Positions 10,319 to 19,845 of a stretch of DNA of 64,000 bases are shown here, one piece after another; within the stretch, counting starts at the first letter, position 1, and the number at the start of each line of letters is the position of its first letter. The notes below the pieces were generated by a model. That model was not told where the DNA came from, searched no databases, and saw only the letters and a list, made by a program, of their open reading frames with translations. The stretch is from IMG/VR virus record IMGVR_UViG_3300024503_000485, positions 155,445 to 219,444 of that record, one strand, 5' to 3'. A program made the translations under genes and the position numbers.

Positions 10319-12145
10319 ATGGCATACCAAGTTGATAATTTTAACGGAACGTTTTTAGTATCTGTAGAAGATGGTACGATTGATACAACTACGGATTTAC
10401 GTTTCGTAGGTAAGAACTACGCCGGTTATGGCGAAGTACAAAACGAGAATTTTTTACATCTTTTACAGAATTTTTCTAATACATCGGCTCCGCCCAAGGC
10501 AATCACCGGACAAATTTGGTATGATAGCTCTACTAAAAAGTTAAAATTTTACGACGGCTCTCGATTTAAAGTTGCCAGCGGTGCTGAAGTTAGCGCAAGT
10601 GCTCCAACTGGATTAGCTAAGGGTGATTTTTGGTTTGACGAAAGTGCAAATCAACTATACACATGGAGCGGAACAGAGTATGTTTTAATTGGACCAGCAG
10701 CCGCTCCGGAATTTGGTACTTCAGCAGCAGTAGGTCAAGTAGTACAAGACAACACCGGCGGCCCACAAACTATTGTTAAATTAGTTTCAGGTGGCGACAC
10801 AATTGCTATTGCAAGTAAAACAGATTTTGTTTTAGGATCAGTTAATCCTATTACCGGATTTAGCAGAATTAAAAAGGGTATTACTTTAGTCAACACTGAT
10901 AGTTTAACTGGAGTAACTACTGCATCATCGCAATATTACTTCTGGGGTACAGCAAGTAACTCGTTAAAATTAAACGGAATTGCAGCAGATCAGTTTTTAA
11001 CCAAAGGTGATTTAAGATTTACAGAACAAATTGCTTTTCCTGATGCAGGAATTACCGTAGGCGATAGCGATGACTTACTAGTATTTGTTGAAACACAAGA
11101 TCCTTTTTACAATGAAGTTGGTGGTAATCCGTTAAGAGACGAAGATCAAGTTGTTATTGAACAAGCTATTGCAGGACAACCAATTACTTTTAGAATTCGT
11201 GTAAACGAAACAACTAAATCAAACGTATTAAAAGTTAAATCTAGCGGAGTATATCCAGGCTCAGATGGTAATTTATATCTTGGATCAGCATCAAAACGTT
11301 GGGGACAAATTTATTCTACAGATATTTACGGTGCATTAACTGGTAACGTTACAGGAAATACAACAGGTACACACATCGGTGCAGTATATGCCAGTGACGA
11401 AACTGAAGCCTTTGACCCAGAAACTAAAACATTTTATGGAACATTAGGTACTCCAAGTCAGCGTAGTTTAGTTTACGGAGATTTAGTAGGTGAAGTAACA
11501 GGATCAGCCCAAACTGCAAGTAAATTGGGATCTTATAGTCCAAGTATTTCAACATCTCCTGATACCGTAGTAGTTAGAGATTCCGAAGGAAATATTTACG
11601 GTACAACCTTTCAAGGAACTGCTTTACTTGCAGACCGTTTAAAAATTGATAATTTAGCAGTTGATACAGATGCAACTTATAGAACAGCTAAAACTACAGC
11701 GGTTGCAAATTCAATTGCAGCACGTGATGGTAGCGGAAACTTATCAGCAGTTTTATTTGATGGTACAGCAACCGCAGCTCGATATGCTGACCTAGCAGAA
11801 AAATACTTAACAGATAAAGAATACGAGCCTGGCACGGTTGTTTCTGTTTGCGAACATGGCGACCACGAAGTAGAAGCCTGTCAGTGGGGACAACGTGCTA
11901 TTGGTGTAGTAAGTACAAATCCAGCGTTTATGATGAATAAAGATCTAGAAGGCGGAACATATATTGCTCTTAAAGGTCGCGTTCCAGTTAAAGTAACAGG
12001 CGCAGTTAAAAAAGGACAACGCCTAATAGCAGGAAATGATGGAACAGCAGTAGCTGGAGTCCCACATGCAAATGATGTATTTGCTATTGCATTAGAAACA
12101 AACAACGAAACTTCTGTTAAATTAATAGAAGCGGTTATATTATAA
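10319..12145 (+). CDS. Tail fibre protein with C-terminal autocleaving chaperone (paralog 4)
   Basis: Shared N-terminal domain; C-terminal ARYADLAE..GVVSTNPAFMMN..ALKGRVPVKV. Confidence 0.8.
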   Translation: MAYQVDNFNGTFLVSVEDGTIDTTTDLRFVGKNYAGYGEVQNENFLHLLQNFSNTSAPPKAITGQIWYDSSTKKLKFYDGSRFKVASGAEVSASAPTGLAKGDFWFDESANQLYTWSGTEYVLIGPAAAPEFGTSAAVGQVVQDNTGGPQTIVKLVSGGDTIAIASKTDFVLGSVNPITGFSRIKKGITLVNTDSLTGVTTASSQYYFWGTASNSLKLNGIAADQFLTKGDLRFTEQIAFPDAGITVGDSDDLLVFVETQDPFYNEVGGNPLRDEDQVVIEQAIAGQPITFRIRVNETTKSNVLKVKSSGVYPGSDGNLYLGSASKRWGQIYSTDIYGALTGNVTGNTTGTHIGAVYASDETEAFDPETKTFYGTLGTPSQRSLVYGDLVGEVTGSAQTASKLGSYSPSISTSPDTVVVRDSEGNIYGTTFQGTALLADRLKIDNLAVDTDATYRTAKTTAVANSIAARDGSGNLSAVLFDGTATAARYADLAEKYLTDKEYEPGTVVSVCEHGDHEVEACQWGQRAIGVVSTNPAFMMNKDLEGGTYIALKGRVPVKVTGAVKKGQRLIAGNDGTAVAGVPHANDVFAIALETNNETSVKLIEAVIL

Positions 12146-12154
12146 GGATTAAAA

Positions 12155-13057
12155 ATGGCAGGCGTTGGAACACAGATTCTTGCATCAGATTATAATAATA
12201 TTCGAGACAAGATAATTGAGGTAATGGGTACCGGTGCCGGAACTTACGGGTACGGACAAGTAATTGCTAGCACAGCAGTAGTTCAAGAAAAAGTAACCAA
12301 AGCTCAGTGGGATTATCTTCGATTTGATATTGTTAACGCTAGATTACATCAAACTGGCACACTCCCAACAATTAGAGAAATTCAAACAACTGATCCAATA
12401 CGTTACGATGCTGATCATCCAAATTATCAGTATAATACTATTGCTGAACAAGCAAGAACTGATAGATTTTCAATTGGAGCAGGACAATTTCATACATTAG
12501 CAGCAGGGGATGTTTCTAGATCCTCGGCATGGGCTAATAGCGTGTCGTCAAATGTAGTTGTTGATTTTGGAACGGTTGACCAGTGTAGGTTCTTTTTTAA
12601 TTCTGGCGGAAAAATTCGATTATATTCTTCAAGAACTGGCGGATCCTCTACTGCTCAAAATGCTGCCTGGACTAGCCTACTTAGCGCAGTAGGTTCACGA
12701 GATTTTTCAGTAAGTTCGTCCGGAGTGTCTTTTTATCAATTGACAAATAGTTACCAAACATTCTATACATCTACATCGTCATCACCGTATGCATCAAATA
12801 GATATACAATTGATGTAAAGTGTAATGTTGCTGATAATTCTGGCGGAACAACTAATCAATTAACATTTAGAATTACTTGGCTTGATTCATATACTGATCC
12901 AAGTCCTGGAAATCCTCCTCCACCGGGCGATAGTGTTGACGGAACATTAACATTAACTATCGAAGAAATTAAAGCTTCGGGAACCCTGTTACCTTCTGGT
13001 TCTTTTACAATCACAAGTCCAACAAGTTATTCAATATCTGCAATTGCAGGCTCGTAA
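12155..13057 (+). CDS. Virion structural protein (paralog of 13086-13991)
   Basis: DYNNIR..GYGQ..QWD.LRFD..RFFFNSGGKIR..SSSPY..DSYTDP blocks shared with the next gene; S/T/G-rich. Confidence 0.65.
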   Translation: MAGVGTQILASDYNNIRDKIIEVMGTGAGTYGYGQVIASTAVVQEKVTKAQWDYLRFDIVNARLHQTGTLPTIREIQTTDPIRYDADHPNYQYNTIAEQARTDRFSIGAGQFHTLAAGDVSRSSAWANSVSSNVVVDFGTVDQCRFFFNSGGKIRLYSSRTGGSSTAQNAAWTSLLSAVGSRDFSVSSSGVSFYQLTNSYQTFYTSTSSSPYASNRYTIDVKCNVADNSGGTTNQLTFRITWLDSYTDPSPGNPPPPGDSVDGTLTLTIEEIKASGTLLPSGSFTITSPTSYSISAIAGS

Positions 13058-13085
13058 TTGTTTAAATACCTAACGGAGGAATTTA

Positions 13086-13991
13086 ATGGCGGCCTATGAT
13101 TATATTAGCGTACCGGATTATAACAATATTAGAAATAAAATTTCTGGAGTAATGTCTACCGGGTCAGCCACACTTGGATACGGGCAGGCCTTACAATCTT
13201 CGTTGGTTGCAACTGGCGATGCTGTTACAAAGACACAATGGGATAATTTAAGATTTGATGTAGTTAATGCAATAGTGCATCAATCAGGTTCAGTTCCAAC
13301 AATAACTACAATTAACGAAGGCGAATTACTTAGATATGCAGCTGATCAGCCAAATTATCAATATAGCACATTAGCATCGTTAGCAGAAACAAATCGTTTT
13401 GATTTAGGAACAGGTCAGTATGTTACTGAAGCAGGAACATCAAGATCTAACTCTGTTTCTTTTAGTGGCGAGGTAGCAAGTACCTGTACAATATCATTTA
13501 CAAGTGCTGATCAAGCAAGATATTTTTTTAATTCTGGCGGAAAAATAAGATTTACTTCAGCATTTACTCAAGGTGCTTCTCCTACACAACAAGATAATTC
13601 TTGGAACACTACTTTATCTGCAACATCTGCAAGTCCTGCTGTGTTTGGGGGTAATTCTCCCGCAGTTAATTTTTATACTTTAACCAATTCTTATCAAACA
13701 TTTTATCAACTTTCATCATCATCTCCATATTCATCTAATAGATGGCAAATAGATGTATTATGTAATATTGGTAATAATAATTCAGGCGGCGCAACATCTA
13801 TAACTTTTAGATCTAGATGGATTGACGGATATACTGATCCCGGATTTCCTCCCCCTGGAGATGCAGTTAACGGAACAATGTCCTGGACCATAACCCATGT
13901 TAGAGCGTCCGGAGCTTTATATCCAAATTTAACACCTCAGAGTTTTAATGCTCCTTCTCCTGCTTATGCTGCACCTAGCACCATAGCATAA
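13086..13991 (+). CDS. Virion structural protein (paralog of 12155-13057)
   Basis: Same conserved blocks; GGAGGA RBS; TTAAATA at 13062-13068. Confidence 0.65.
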   Translation: MAAYDYISVPDYNNIRNKISGVMSTGSATLGYGQALQSSLVATGDAVTKTQWDNLRFDVVNAIVHQSGSVPTITTINEGELLRYAADQPNYQYSTLASLAETNRFDLGTGQYVTEAGTSRSNSVSFSGEVASTCTISFTSADQARYFFNSGGKIRFTSAFTQGASPTQQDNSWNTTLSATSASPAVFGGNSPAVNFYTLTNSYQTFYQLSSSSPYSSNRWQIDVLCNIGNNNSGGATSITFRSRWIDGYTDPGFPPPGDAVNGTMSWTITHVRASGALYPNLTPQSFNAPSPAYAAPSTIA

Positions 13992-14014
13992 TTTTTCACC
14001 CCATCTATACCCCA

Positions 14015-14022
14015 CATAAATA
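14015..14022 (+). promoter_or_regulatory. T4-like late promoter candidate (CATAAATA) heading the GT/radical SAM operon
   Basis: Intergenic TAAATA core, GGAG RBS, ATG 14050; downstream ORFs overlap or abut continuously to 26653. Confidence 0.6.
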
Positions 14023-14049
14023 ATATACTCATATTATTAGGGAGTATGT

Positions 14050-14400
14050 ATGGAATCTTTATTAACAAAAGCCTTAGAGTTTTCAAACTATAAGCAATCT
14101 CTAGCCATTCAACGCAAAGCGTTAAAAGAAAAAGTTGATGCAAAATTAACTTTTGGATTCAATGGCGGTATTTTTAAAATTAACAGAGAATTAATTAATT
14201 TTGTTCAATTTTTAATTGATCAAGATAGATCTACAGATGTAGTTCTTATCGACGCAAACGACAATCCTGTTTTAGTTAATGATTTGTCAAAATTCAAAGA
14301 TGAAATTTTTGACAGATACTTTACAGCGACCAACGAATATTATCAAGAATACGAAGTGATTAAAAAAGCTCGTTCTGTAGAAGCATTGGTGGATCTATGA
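14050..14400 (+). CDS. Hypothetical protein
   Basis: 116-aa ORF with GGGAG RBS and ATGA overlap with the next gene. Confidence 0.7.
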   Translation: MESLLTKALEFSNYKQSLAIQRKALKEKVDAKLTFGFNGGIFKINRELINFVQFLIDQDRSTDVVLIDANDNPVLVNDLSKFKDEIFDRYFTATNEYYQEYEVIKKARSVEALVDL

Positions 14401-15257
14401 AAAAAGGCGGCCTAATTTTTGCTCATAATAGCAGAGAAGTTGACTATGCTTTATTGGCAGTGATTTCTGGTGGCCTTGCAAAAAAGAATCTTGAAATTCC
14501 GTTTACTTTAGTAACAGATGATGCTACAATTGAATGGATGAAGACTTCAAATATTTGGGATAAAGCAAATGACGTTTTTGAAAACATTATTTCTACCCCA
14601 CGTCCAGAAACTCTGAACACAAGACGTTTAAATGACGGTAACGAATCGAAAACAATTCCTTTCATTAATGCCGATAGAGCATCGGTATGGGATCTAACAC
14701 CATATGATAGAACACTTCTTCTAGATAGCGATTATTTGATTTTTTCTAACGCCCTGAATAATTATTGGGATATTGATGAAAGTATTTTAATATCAAAATC
14801 TATGAATGATATTAGAGGTGATCGAATTGGTTTCTTAGATAAACATGTATCTGAAACAGGAGTTCATTTGTTTTGGGCTACCGCTGTCATTTTTACAAAA
14901 AACGAGGAAAGCAAAACATTTTTTGAATATGTAAAACATATTCGAAACAACTACGAACAATACGGTGACATTTACAGATTTAATCCTCATCAGTATAGAA
15001 ACGATATTTCTTTCAGCGTTGCAAAACATTTCTTAGAAGGTTTTACAACAGATACTTCAAATGCTTTACCGTCATTATTAACTACAACTGATAAAGATAT
15101 GTTAGCCGATGTTAAGGGAAATAAATTATACTTCCTAATAAATGATCCTTTAAATCAAGAAGCATTTACAGCATGTTCTATTAATAATACCGATGTTCAT
15201 GTAATGAATAAACAAAGCATTGTTAGAAATAAAGATAAATTGTTGGAGTTAATATGA
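14397..15257 (+). CDS. GT-A fold glycosyltransferase (GT8-like)
   Basis: TPYDRTLLLDSDYL DxD motif, WATAVIF, RND, C-terminal HVMNK. Confidence 0.7.
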   Translation: MKKGGLIFAHNSREVDYALLAVISGGLAKKNLEIPFTLVTDDATIEWMKTSNIWDKANDVFENIISTPRPETLNTRRLNDGNESKTIPFINADRASVWDLTPYDRTLLLDSDYLIFSNALNNYWDIDESILISKSMNDIRGDRIGFLDKHVSETGVHLFWATAVIFTKNEESKTFFEYVKHIRNNYEQYGDIYRFNPHQYRNDISFSVAKHFLEGFTTDTSNALPSLLTTTDKDMLADVKGNKLYFLINDPLNQEAFTACSINNTDVHVMNKQSIVRNKDKLLELI

Positions 15258-16093
15258 CATTTGGATATTTAATTGTAGTTGCCAAACACGAAACAATTGA
15301 CTACACAAAATTAGCCTATTCTTTGGCATTAAGTATTAAAAATACACAGAAGTGGGGTTATAATAATGTAGCTTTAGTTACAGATGATGTTTCTGCTGTA
15401 GAACAATTAAAAAGTCCTTGGGTATTTGATAAAGTAATTCCTTGGAACAAAGAAAAGGGATGGGACGGTCGATCATGGATGGATCATTTAACACCTTGGG
15501 ATAACACAATATGTTTAGATGCTGACATGTTGTTTACAAGAGATGTTAGTCATTGGGCAGAATATTTTATTAATAACTCAGAATTGTATGTAGCAAACAA
15601 AGCATTTACATACAGAGGAGAAGTTATTACAGGCGATTTTTATAGAAAAGCATTTGTAAAAAATAATTTGCCTAATTTATATTCTTTCTATACGTTCTTT
15701 AAGAAAGATAGCGAACTAGCAAAAGAATTTTTTACCTTAGCAAGACATATTATAAAAAATCCTAACGAATTTAAAAATACTTTCTTTCCAGATTTTAAAC
15801 CTAAAGTAATTGGAACCGATGAAGCATTTGCATTATCATCTAAAATTTTAGATATTACTGATCAAATTGCATATGATTTAGATTTTCCTAAAATTGTTCA
15901 CATGAAGCCAATGATTCAAAATTGGCCATGGCCGTCAGATAGATACACAGATCATGTAGGATTTTATTTCAATGTAAACAACGAACTTAAGATTGGAAAT
16001 TATAGACAATATGATGTAGTTCATTATGTTGAAAAAGAATTGATTACAGATGAAATTATCAGCATACAGGAAGAGAAATTATGGCAGAAATAA
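15254..16093 (+). CDS. GT-A fold glycosyltransferase (GT8-like), paralog
   Basis: TPWDNTICLDADML DxD motif, GTDEAF, VHMKP, VHYVEK. Confidence 0.7.
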   Translation: MTFGYLIVVAKHETIDYTKLAYSLALSIKNTQKWGYNNVALVTDDVSAVEQLKSPWVFDKVIPWNKEKGWDGRSWMDHLTPWDNTICLDADMLFTRDVSHWAEYFINNSELYVANKAFTYRGEVITGDFYRKAFVKNNLPNLYSFYTFFKKDSELAKEFFTLARHIIKNPNEFKNTFFPDFKPKVIGTDEAFALSSKILDITDQIAYDLDFPKIVHMKPMIQNWPWPSDRYTDHVGFYFNVNNELKIGNYRQYDVVHYVEKELITDEIISIQEEKLWQK

Positions 16094-16677
16094 TAGACTT
16101 TGACGAATGGTTAGCAAATTATAAACCGCCAGAAGTAAAATTTTACGCTGCATTTGATCCTAATACAGGCGATGTAACAGGAGTGTATCCGTCACACGCT
16201 CTAACAGATCAAAAAAATGTTGTAGAAATTGATCAAGAAACAGCACAATTAATTAATGAAGGCGCATTAAAATTAAATTCGTGTTTTGTTGATATTAGCT
16301 CAGGCAAATTTGAAATTGCAGAAATAAGAAGTCTTATAAAGATAGACGATGTGCTCCATAGGATTGTTGATAAAAAATGGTCTGATGTAGAAGACCCCGA
16401 TGTAATTGTTTCCTATGTAGAAGGAACAGACAAATTAGTTTTTGACCTTTCTCCTAAGTATAGAGAATTAAAAAGAAAGATTCACTGGGACGGAAGTACC
16501 GAGCTTTGTTTTTTTATTACAGAATATAACGATCCAAATATTGTTAGATTTATAGTAAAATTTAGTATCAGTGATTTAACAGAAAAACAAATTTCACTAA
16601 CCGGTTTACCTTTAGAAGGTAGATTTAGTGTTTACACAAGAAGATTATTCCCCAAATACGTGATCGAGACAAAATGA
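16081..16677 (+). CDS. Hypothetical protein
   Basis: 198-aa ORF overlapping both neighbours. Confidence 0.65.
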   Translation: MAEIIDFDEWLANYKPPEVKFYAAFDPNTGDVTGVYPSHALTDQKNVVEIDQETAQLINEGALKLNSCFVDISSGKFEIAEIRSLIKIDDVLHRIVDKKWSDVEDPDVIVSYVEGTDKLVFDLSPKYRELKRKIHWDGSTELCFFITEYNDPNIVRFIVKFSISDLTEKQISLTGLPLEGRFSVYTRRLFPKYVIETK

Positions 16678-17585
16678 AAGTTATTGAATTTGATGTTGTA
16701 TTTTTAAGTTATGATGAACCTAATGCAGACTTGCATTATGCGGACCTGTGTAATAAAGTACCTTGGGCAAAACGTATTCACGGTGTTAAAGGTTCAGACC
16801 ATGCACATAAAGCCGCAGCAGAAAGTAGTGACACTGATTGGTTTGTTACCGTCGATGCTGACAATATTGTAGATCCAAGATTTTTTAATCTCGATTTAAA
16901 AATGGATGATCCAAAGATACAGGTCTATGGATGGTGTGGCCGCAACGTTATCAATGGACTACGATATGGTAATGGTGGTTTAAAAATCTGGAAAAAAGAT
17001 TTTGTTCTTAACATGAAAACACATGAAAATTCTGATAGCGATAGAGGACAAGTTGATTTTTGCTGGGAAGATGGATACAAAAACTTTCCTTTAAGTTTTA
17101 GTGATAGCATTATTACAGGAAGTCCATTTCAAGCATGGAGAGCAGGATTCCGTGAAGGTGTTAAAATGACGTTGCTCGACGGAGTCAAAGTTCCTCCGGC
17201 TGAAATACAAGAACGCATTTGGTGGCATAACATTCATAGACTGCGTATGTGGTCTACGGTAGGCGCTCACGAAGAAAACGGTCTATATGCTGTATACGGT
17301 GCTAGACTAGGAACATGGATGGCTAATTGCACAGACTGGAATTATATAGAAGTTAGAGATTTTGAAATTCTTAGAGGAATCTGGAATCAATATGGACGTC
17401 CCTACGAAGAAGTAAACGGTGAAGGATTAGTTGATGCAACAAAGGACCTAGGTGAAAAAATTAAAGTTGGTTTAGGTTTGCACTGGCCTTATTTAGATCC
17501 TAACCAAAGCAAGTACACACTAGATTTATATAATGAAACTATGAATTTAAACGATACTTATTTTAGAATGCCCGAAAATGTATGA
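16674..17585 (+). CDS. GT-A-like glycosyltransferase
   Basis: DVVFLSYDEPNA..RIHGVKG..AH..WFVTVDADN..YGNGGLK..AWRAGFREGVK. Confidence 0.65.
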   Translation: MKVIEFDVVFLSYDEPNADLHYADLCNKVPWAKRIHGVKGSDHAHKAAAESSDTDWFVTVDADNIVDPRFFNLDLKMDDPKIQVYGWCGRNVINGLRYGNGGLKIWKKDFVLNMKTHENSDSDRGQVDFCWEDGYKNFPLSFSDSIITGSPFQAWRAGFREGVKMTLLDGVKVPPAEIQERIWWHNIHRLRMWSTVGAHEENGLYAVYGARLGTWMANCTDWNYIEVRDFEILRGIWNQYGRPYEEVNGEGLVDATKDLGEKIKVGLGLHWPYLDPNQSKYTLDLYNETMNLNDTYFRMPENV

Positions 17586-19845
17586 TATTTTTTATGTTTC
17601 AAAAAATTCCATTAACGACTATAACTGGAACTCAGTCAAGTCAAAATATCCCACAGCTAGAAAATTTGAAAACATAAATTCTTTTGATCAATTAAAAAAA
17701 CAAGCATTTACTAAAATGTTTTGGGTTGTGTGGGACGACCTTACCTTATTAGACAATCTTAATTTAAACACATACAGAGCTACCCAGTGGGACGATATGT
17801 ATGTTCATGTATTTAAAAATAGTGATCATTACGACGGAGTTTGTTTATTTCCTAAGTCAGTTACAATTTCTCAAAGAGAATTTGATAATCGGTTTTTTAC
17901 AGATAAAAAAGAAATAGATATTGTTGCTAGTATTCCACTAGGATATGATAAATTTAATATTACAACTTACGATGATTATCTAAACGCTGTTGAACAATCA
18001 AGTACAGACATGTTTTGGGCAATTTGGCCTGATGTAAATGTCAAAGAAGATTTTAAATTTAATTATAAAGTTCCTAAGCATAATTCTAATATTGTTCATA
18101 TTTTTAAAAATGGAGAATTTTTTGACGGCATTTGCTTATTTCCAAAAAATGTAAAAGTTTCTAAGAGAGAATTTTATCATAGATTTTTTGCAGAAAAAAA
18201 AGAAATAGATATTGTTGCTAGTATTCCAAAACAATACAACATCTATTCTCCTAAAACATTTGATGAGTATAAACAAATTACAGACGATATGTTTTGGATT
18301 GTGTGGCCTGAGGTAAAAATTATTAACAATGAAATTTTTGATTTATATTTTAGCCATCACAATACCTATGACAGAAGAGAAAATCATGTTTTTAAAAATT
18401 TGTGTAATTACGACGAATCTTACCTAAGCGGAATTTTGTTATGCAGCAAATTTAAACCTTTAACACAAGAAGAGTTTGATAAACAATATCCTACTGATAA
18501 AAAAGAATATAATATAATCGCTAGTAAATTTCAATATCCTATATATACAATCACATCTTACGAGCAATATTTAGATATATGTAAAACTGAATCTCAAAAT
18601 ATGTTTTGGTGTGTATGGCCAGAAATTAAAATATTAGATGATAAACTATTTGATTTGTATTTTGATCCAAATAGTGGGGCATTTGATTATGATAGAAAAG
18701 AAAATCATGTTTTTAAAAATTTATGTAACGACAAAGAATCTTTTCTAAACGGTGTAGTATTATTTTCTAAAGAAAAAATCATATCTAAAAAAGAATTTAA
18801 TAGAAGATTTTTAATTGATAAAAAAGAACATAATTTTGTAGCAAGTCGTTATGCGTATCCTGTTTACAATATTGATACTTATGACGATTACAAACAAATT
18901 ATAGACACCGAATCTCAACCTTTATTCTGGGCAATTTGGCCTGAAATAGAAATTATTGATTCTGAAATTTTTAATTTATATTTTGAACCTAATAATGGCG
19001 TATATGATTATGATAGAAATATCAATCATGTATTTCAGCATAAATTTAGAAACGAATTAACATATAACGGATTGATGTTAATGTCTACATCAACGCCAGT
19101 TAGTCCTAAAGAAATTGATTTTAGGTTTTTAATTAATAAAAAACAATATGAACAAGTTGTTTCTAAGCATAAAGACTATGATATAATATTTGTAAGTTAT
19201 AACGAACCTAATGCTGAAGAAAATTATAATAAACTAATTAACAAATTTCCAAGAGCTAAACGAGTACATGGTGTTAAAGGTATTCATCAAGCGCATATAA
19301 AGGCAGCTGAACTTGCCACAACAGACATGTTCTGGGTTGTTGATGCCGATGCACATATAATAGATGATTTTAATTTTAATCATCAGGCAACGCGATACGA
19401 AAAAGATGTTGTTCATGTGTGGAGAAGTAAAAATCCAATAAATGATTTAATATATGGTTATGGTGGAGTAAAACTATTACCAAGAAAATTAACATTAGAT
19501 ATGGATGTAAATACAGCCGACATGACAACATCGATTAGTAAAAAATTTAAAGCAATGCCGGAAGTCAGTAATATATCTGCATTCAATACAGATCCTTTTA
19601 ATACTTGGAAATCGGCATTTAGAGAATGTGTAAAACTTTCTAGTAGAACAATTGCTGGACAAGTTGATGAGGAAACACAAAAGAGATTAGACATATGGTG
19701 TTCTGTAGCAAAAGACAAATTTGCTAATGATGCACTTAGCGGTGCAATTGCAGGACGTAAGTACGGAGAAGAAAATAAAAACAATCCAGAAGCCCTTGCA
19801 AAAATTAATGATTTTGATTGGTTAAAAACACAATATGGAATTTAA
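17578..19845 (+). CDS. Repeat protein: five degenerate GT-like units plus a C-terminal intact GT-A-like domain
   Basis: About 100-aa repeats with FWxxW(D/P)(D/E)..HVFKN..G..LF..EF..R....KKE; the last domain has MFWVVDAD and resembles 16674-17585. Confidence 0.7.
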   Translation: MYDIFYVSKNSINDYNWNSVKSKYPTARKFENINSFDQLKKQAFTKMFWVVWDDLTLLDNLNLNTYRATQWDDMYVHVFKNSDHYDGVCLFPKSVTISQREFDNRFFTDKKEIDIVASIPLGYDKFNITTYDDYLNAVEQSSTDMFWAIWPDVNVKEDFKFNYKVPKHNSNIVHIFKNGEFFDGICLFPKNVKVSKREFYHRFFAEKKEIDIVASIPKQYNIYSPKTFDEYKQITDDMFWIVWPEVKIINNEIFDLYFSHHNTYDRRENHVFKNLCNYDESYLSGILLCSKFKPLTQEEFDKQYPTDKKEYNIIASKFQYPIYTITSYEQYLDICKTESQNMFWCVWPEIKILDDKLFDLYFDPNSGAFDYDRKENHVFKNLCNDKESFLNGVVLFSKEKIISKKEFNRRFLIDKKEHNFVASRYAYPVYNIDTYDDYKQIIDTESQPLFWAIWPEIEIIDSEIFNLYFEPNNGVYDYDRNINHVFQHKFRNELTYNGLMLMSTSTPVSPKEIDFRFLINKKQYEQVVSKHKDYDIIFVSYNEPNAEENYNKLINKFPRAKRVHGVKGIHQAHIKAAELATTDMFWVVDADAHIIDDFNFNHQATRYEKDVVHVWRSKNPINDLIYGYGGVKLLPRKLTLDMDVNTADMTTSISKKFKAMPEVSNISAFNTDPFNTWKSAFRECVKLSSRTIAGQVDEETQKRLDIWCSVAKDKFANDALSGAIAGRKYGEENKNNPEALAKINDFDWLKTQYGI
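17905..18228 (+). repeat. Intragenic direct repeat, 33 nt identical (17905-17937 and 18196-18228)
   Basis: aaaaaagaaatagatattgttgctagtattcca occurs twice, 291 nt (97 codons) apart; a second 24-nt pair lies at 18378-18401 and 18699-18722. Confidence 0.9.

Noticed and set aside
4200-13991. Diversity-generating retroelement acting on the fibre tips
   Set aside because: There is no reverse transcriptase in the window and no long near-identical repeat pair with adenine-specific differences.
14024-14048. Hairpin TATACTC/GAGTATG covering the RBS of the first GT-operon gene
   Set aside because: It is only 6-7 AT-rich pairs and could arise by chance.
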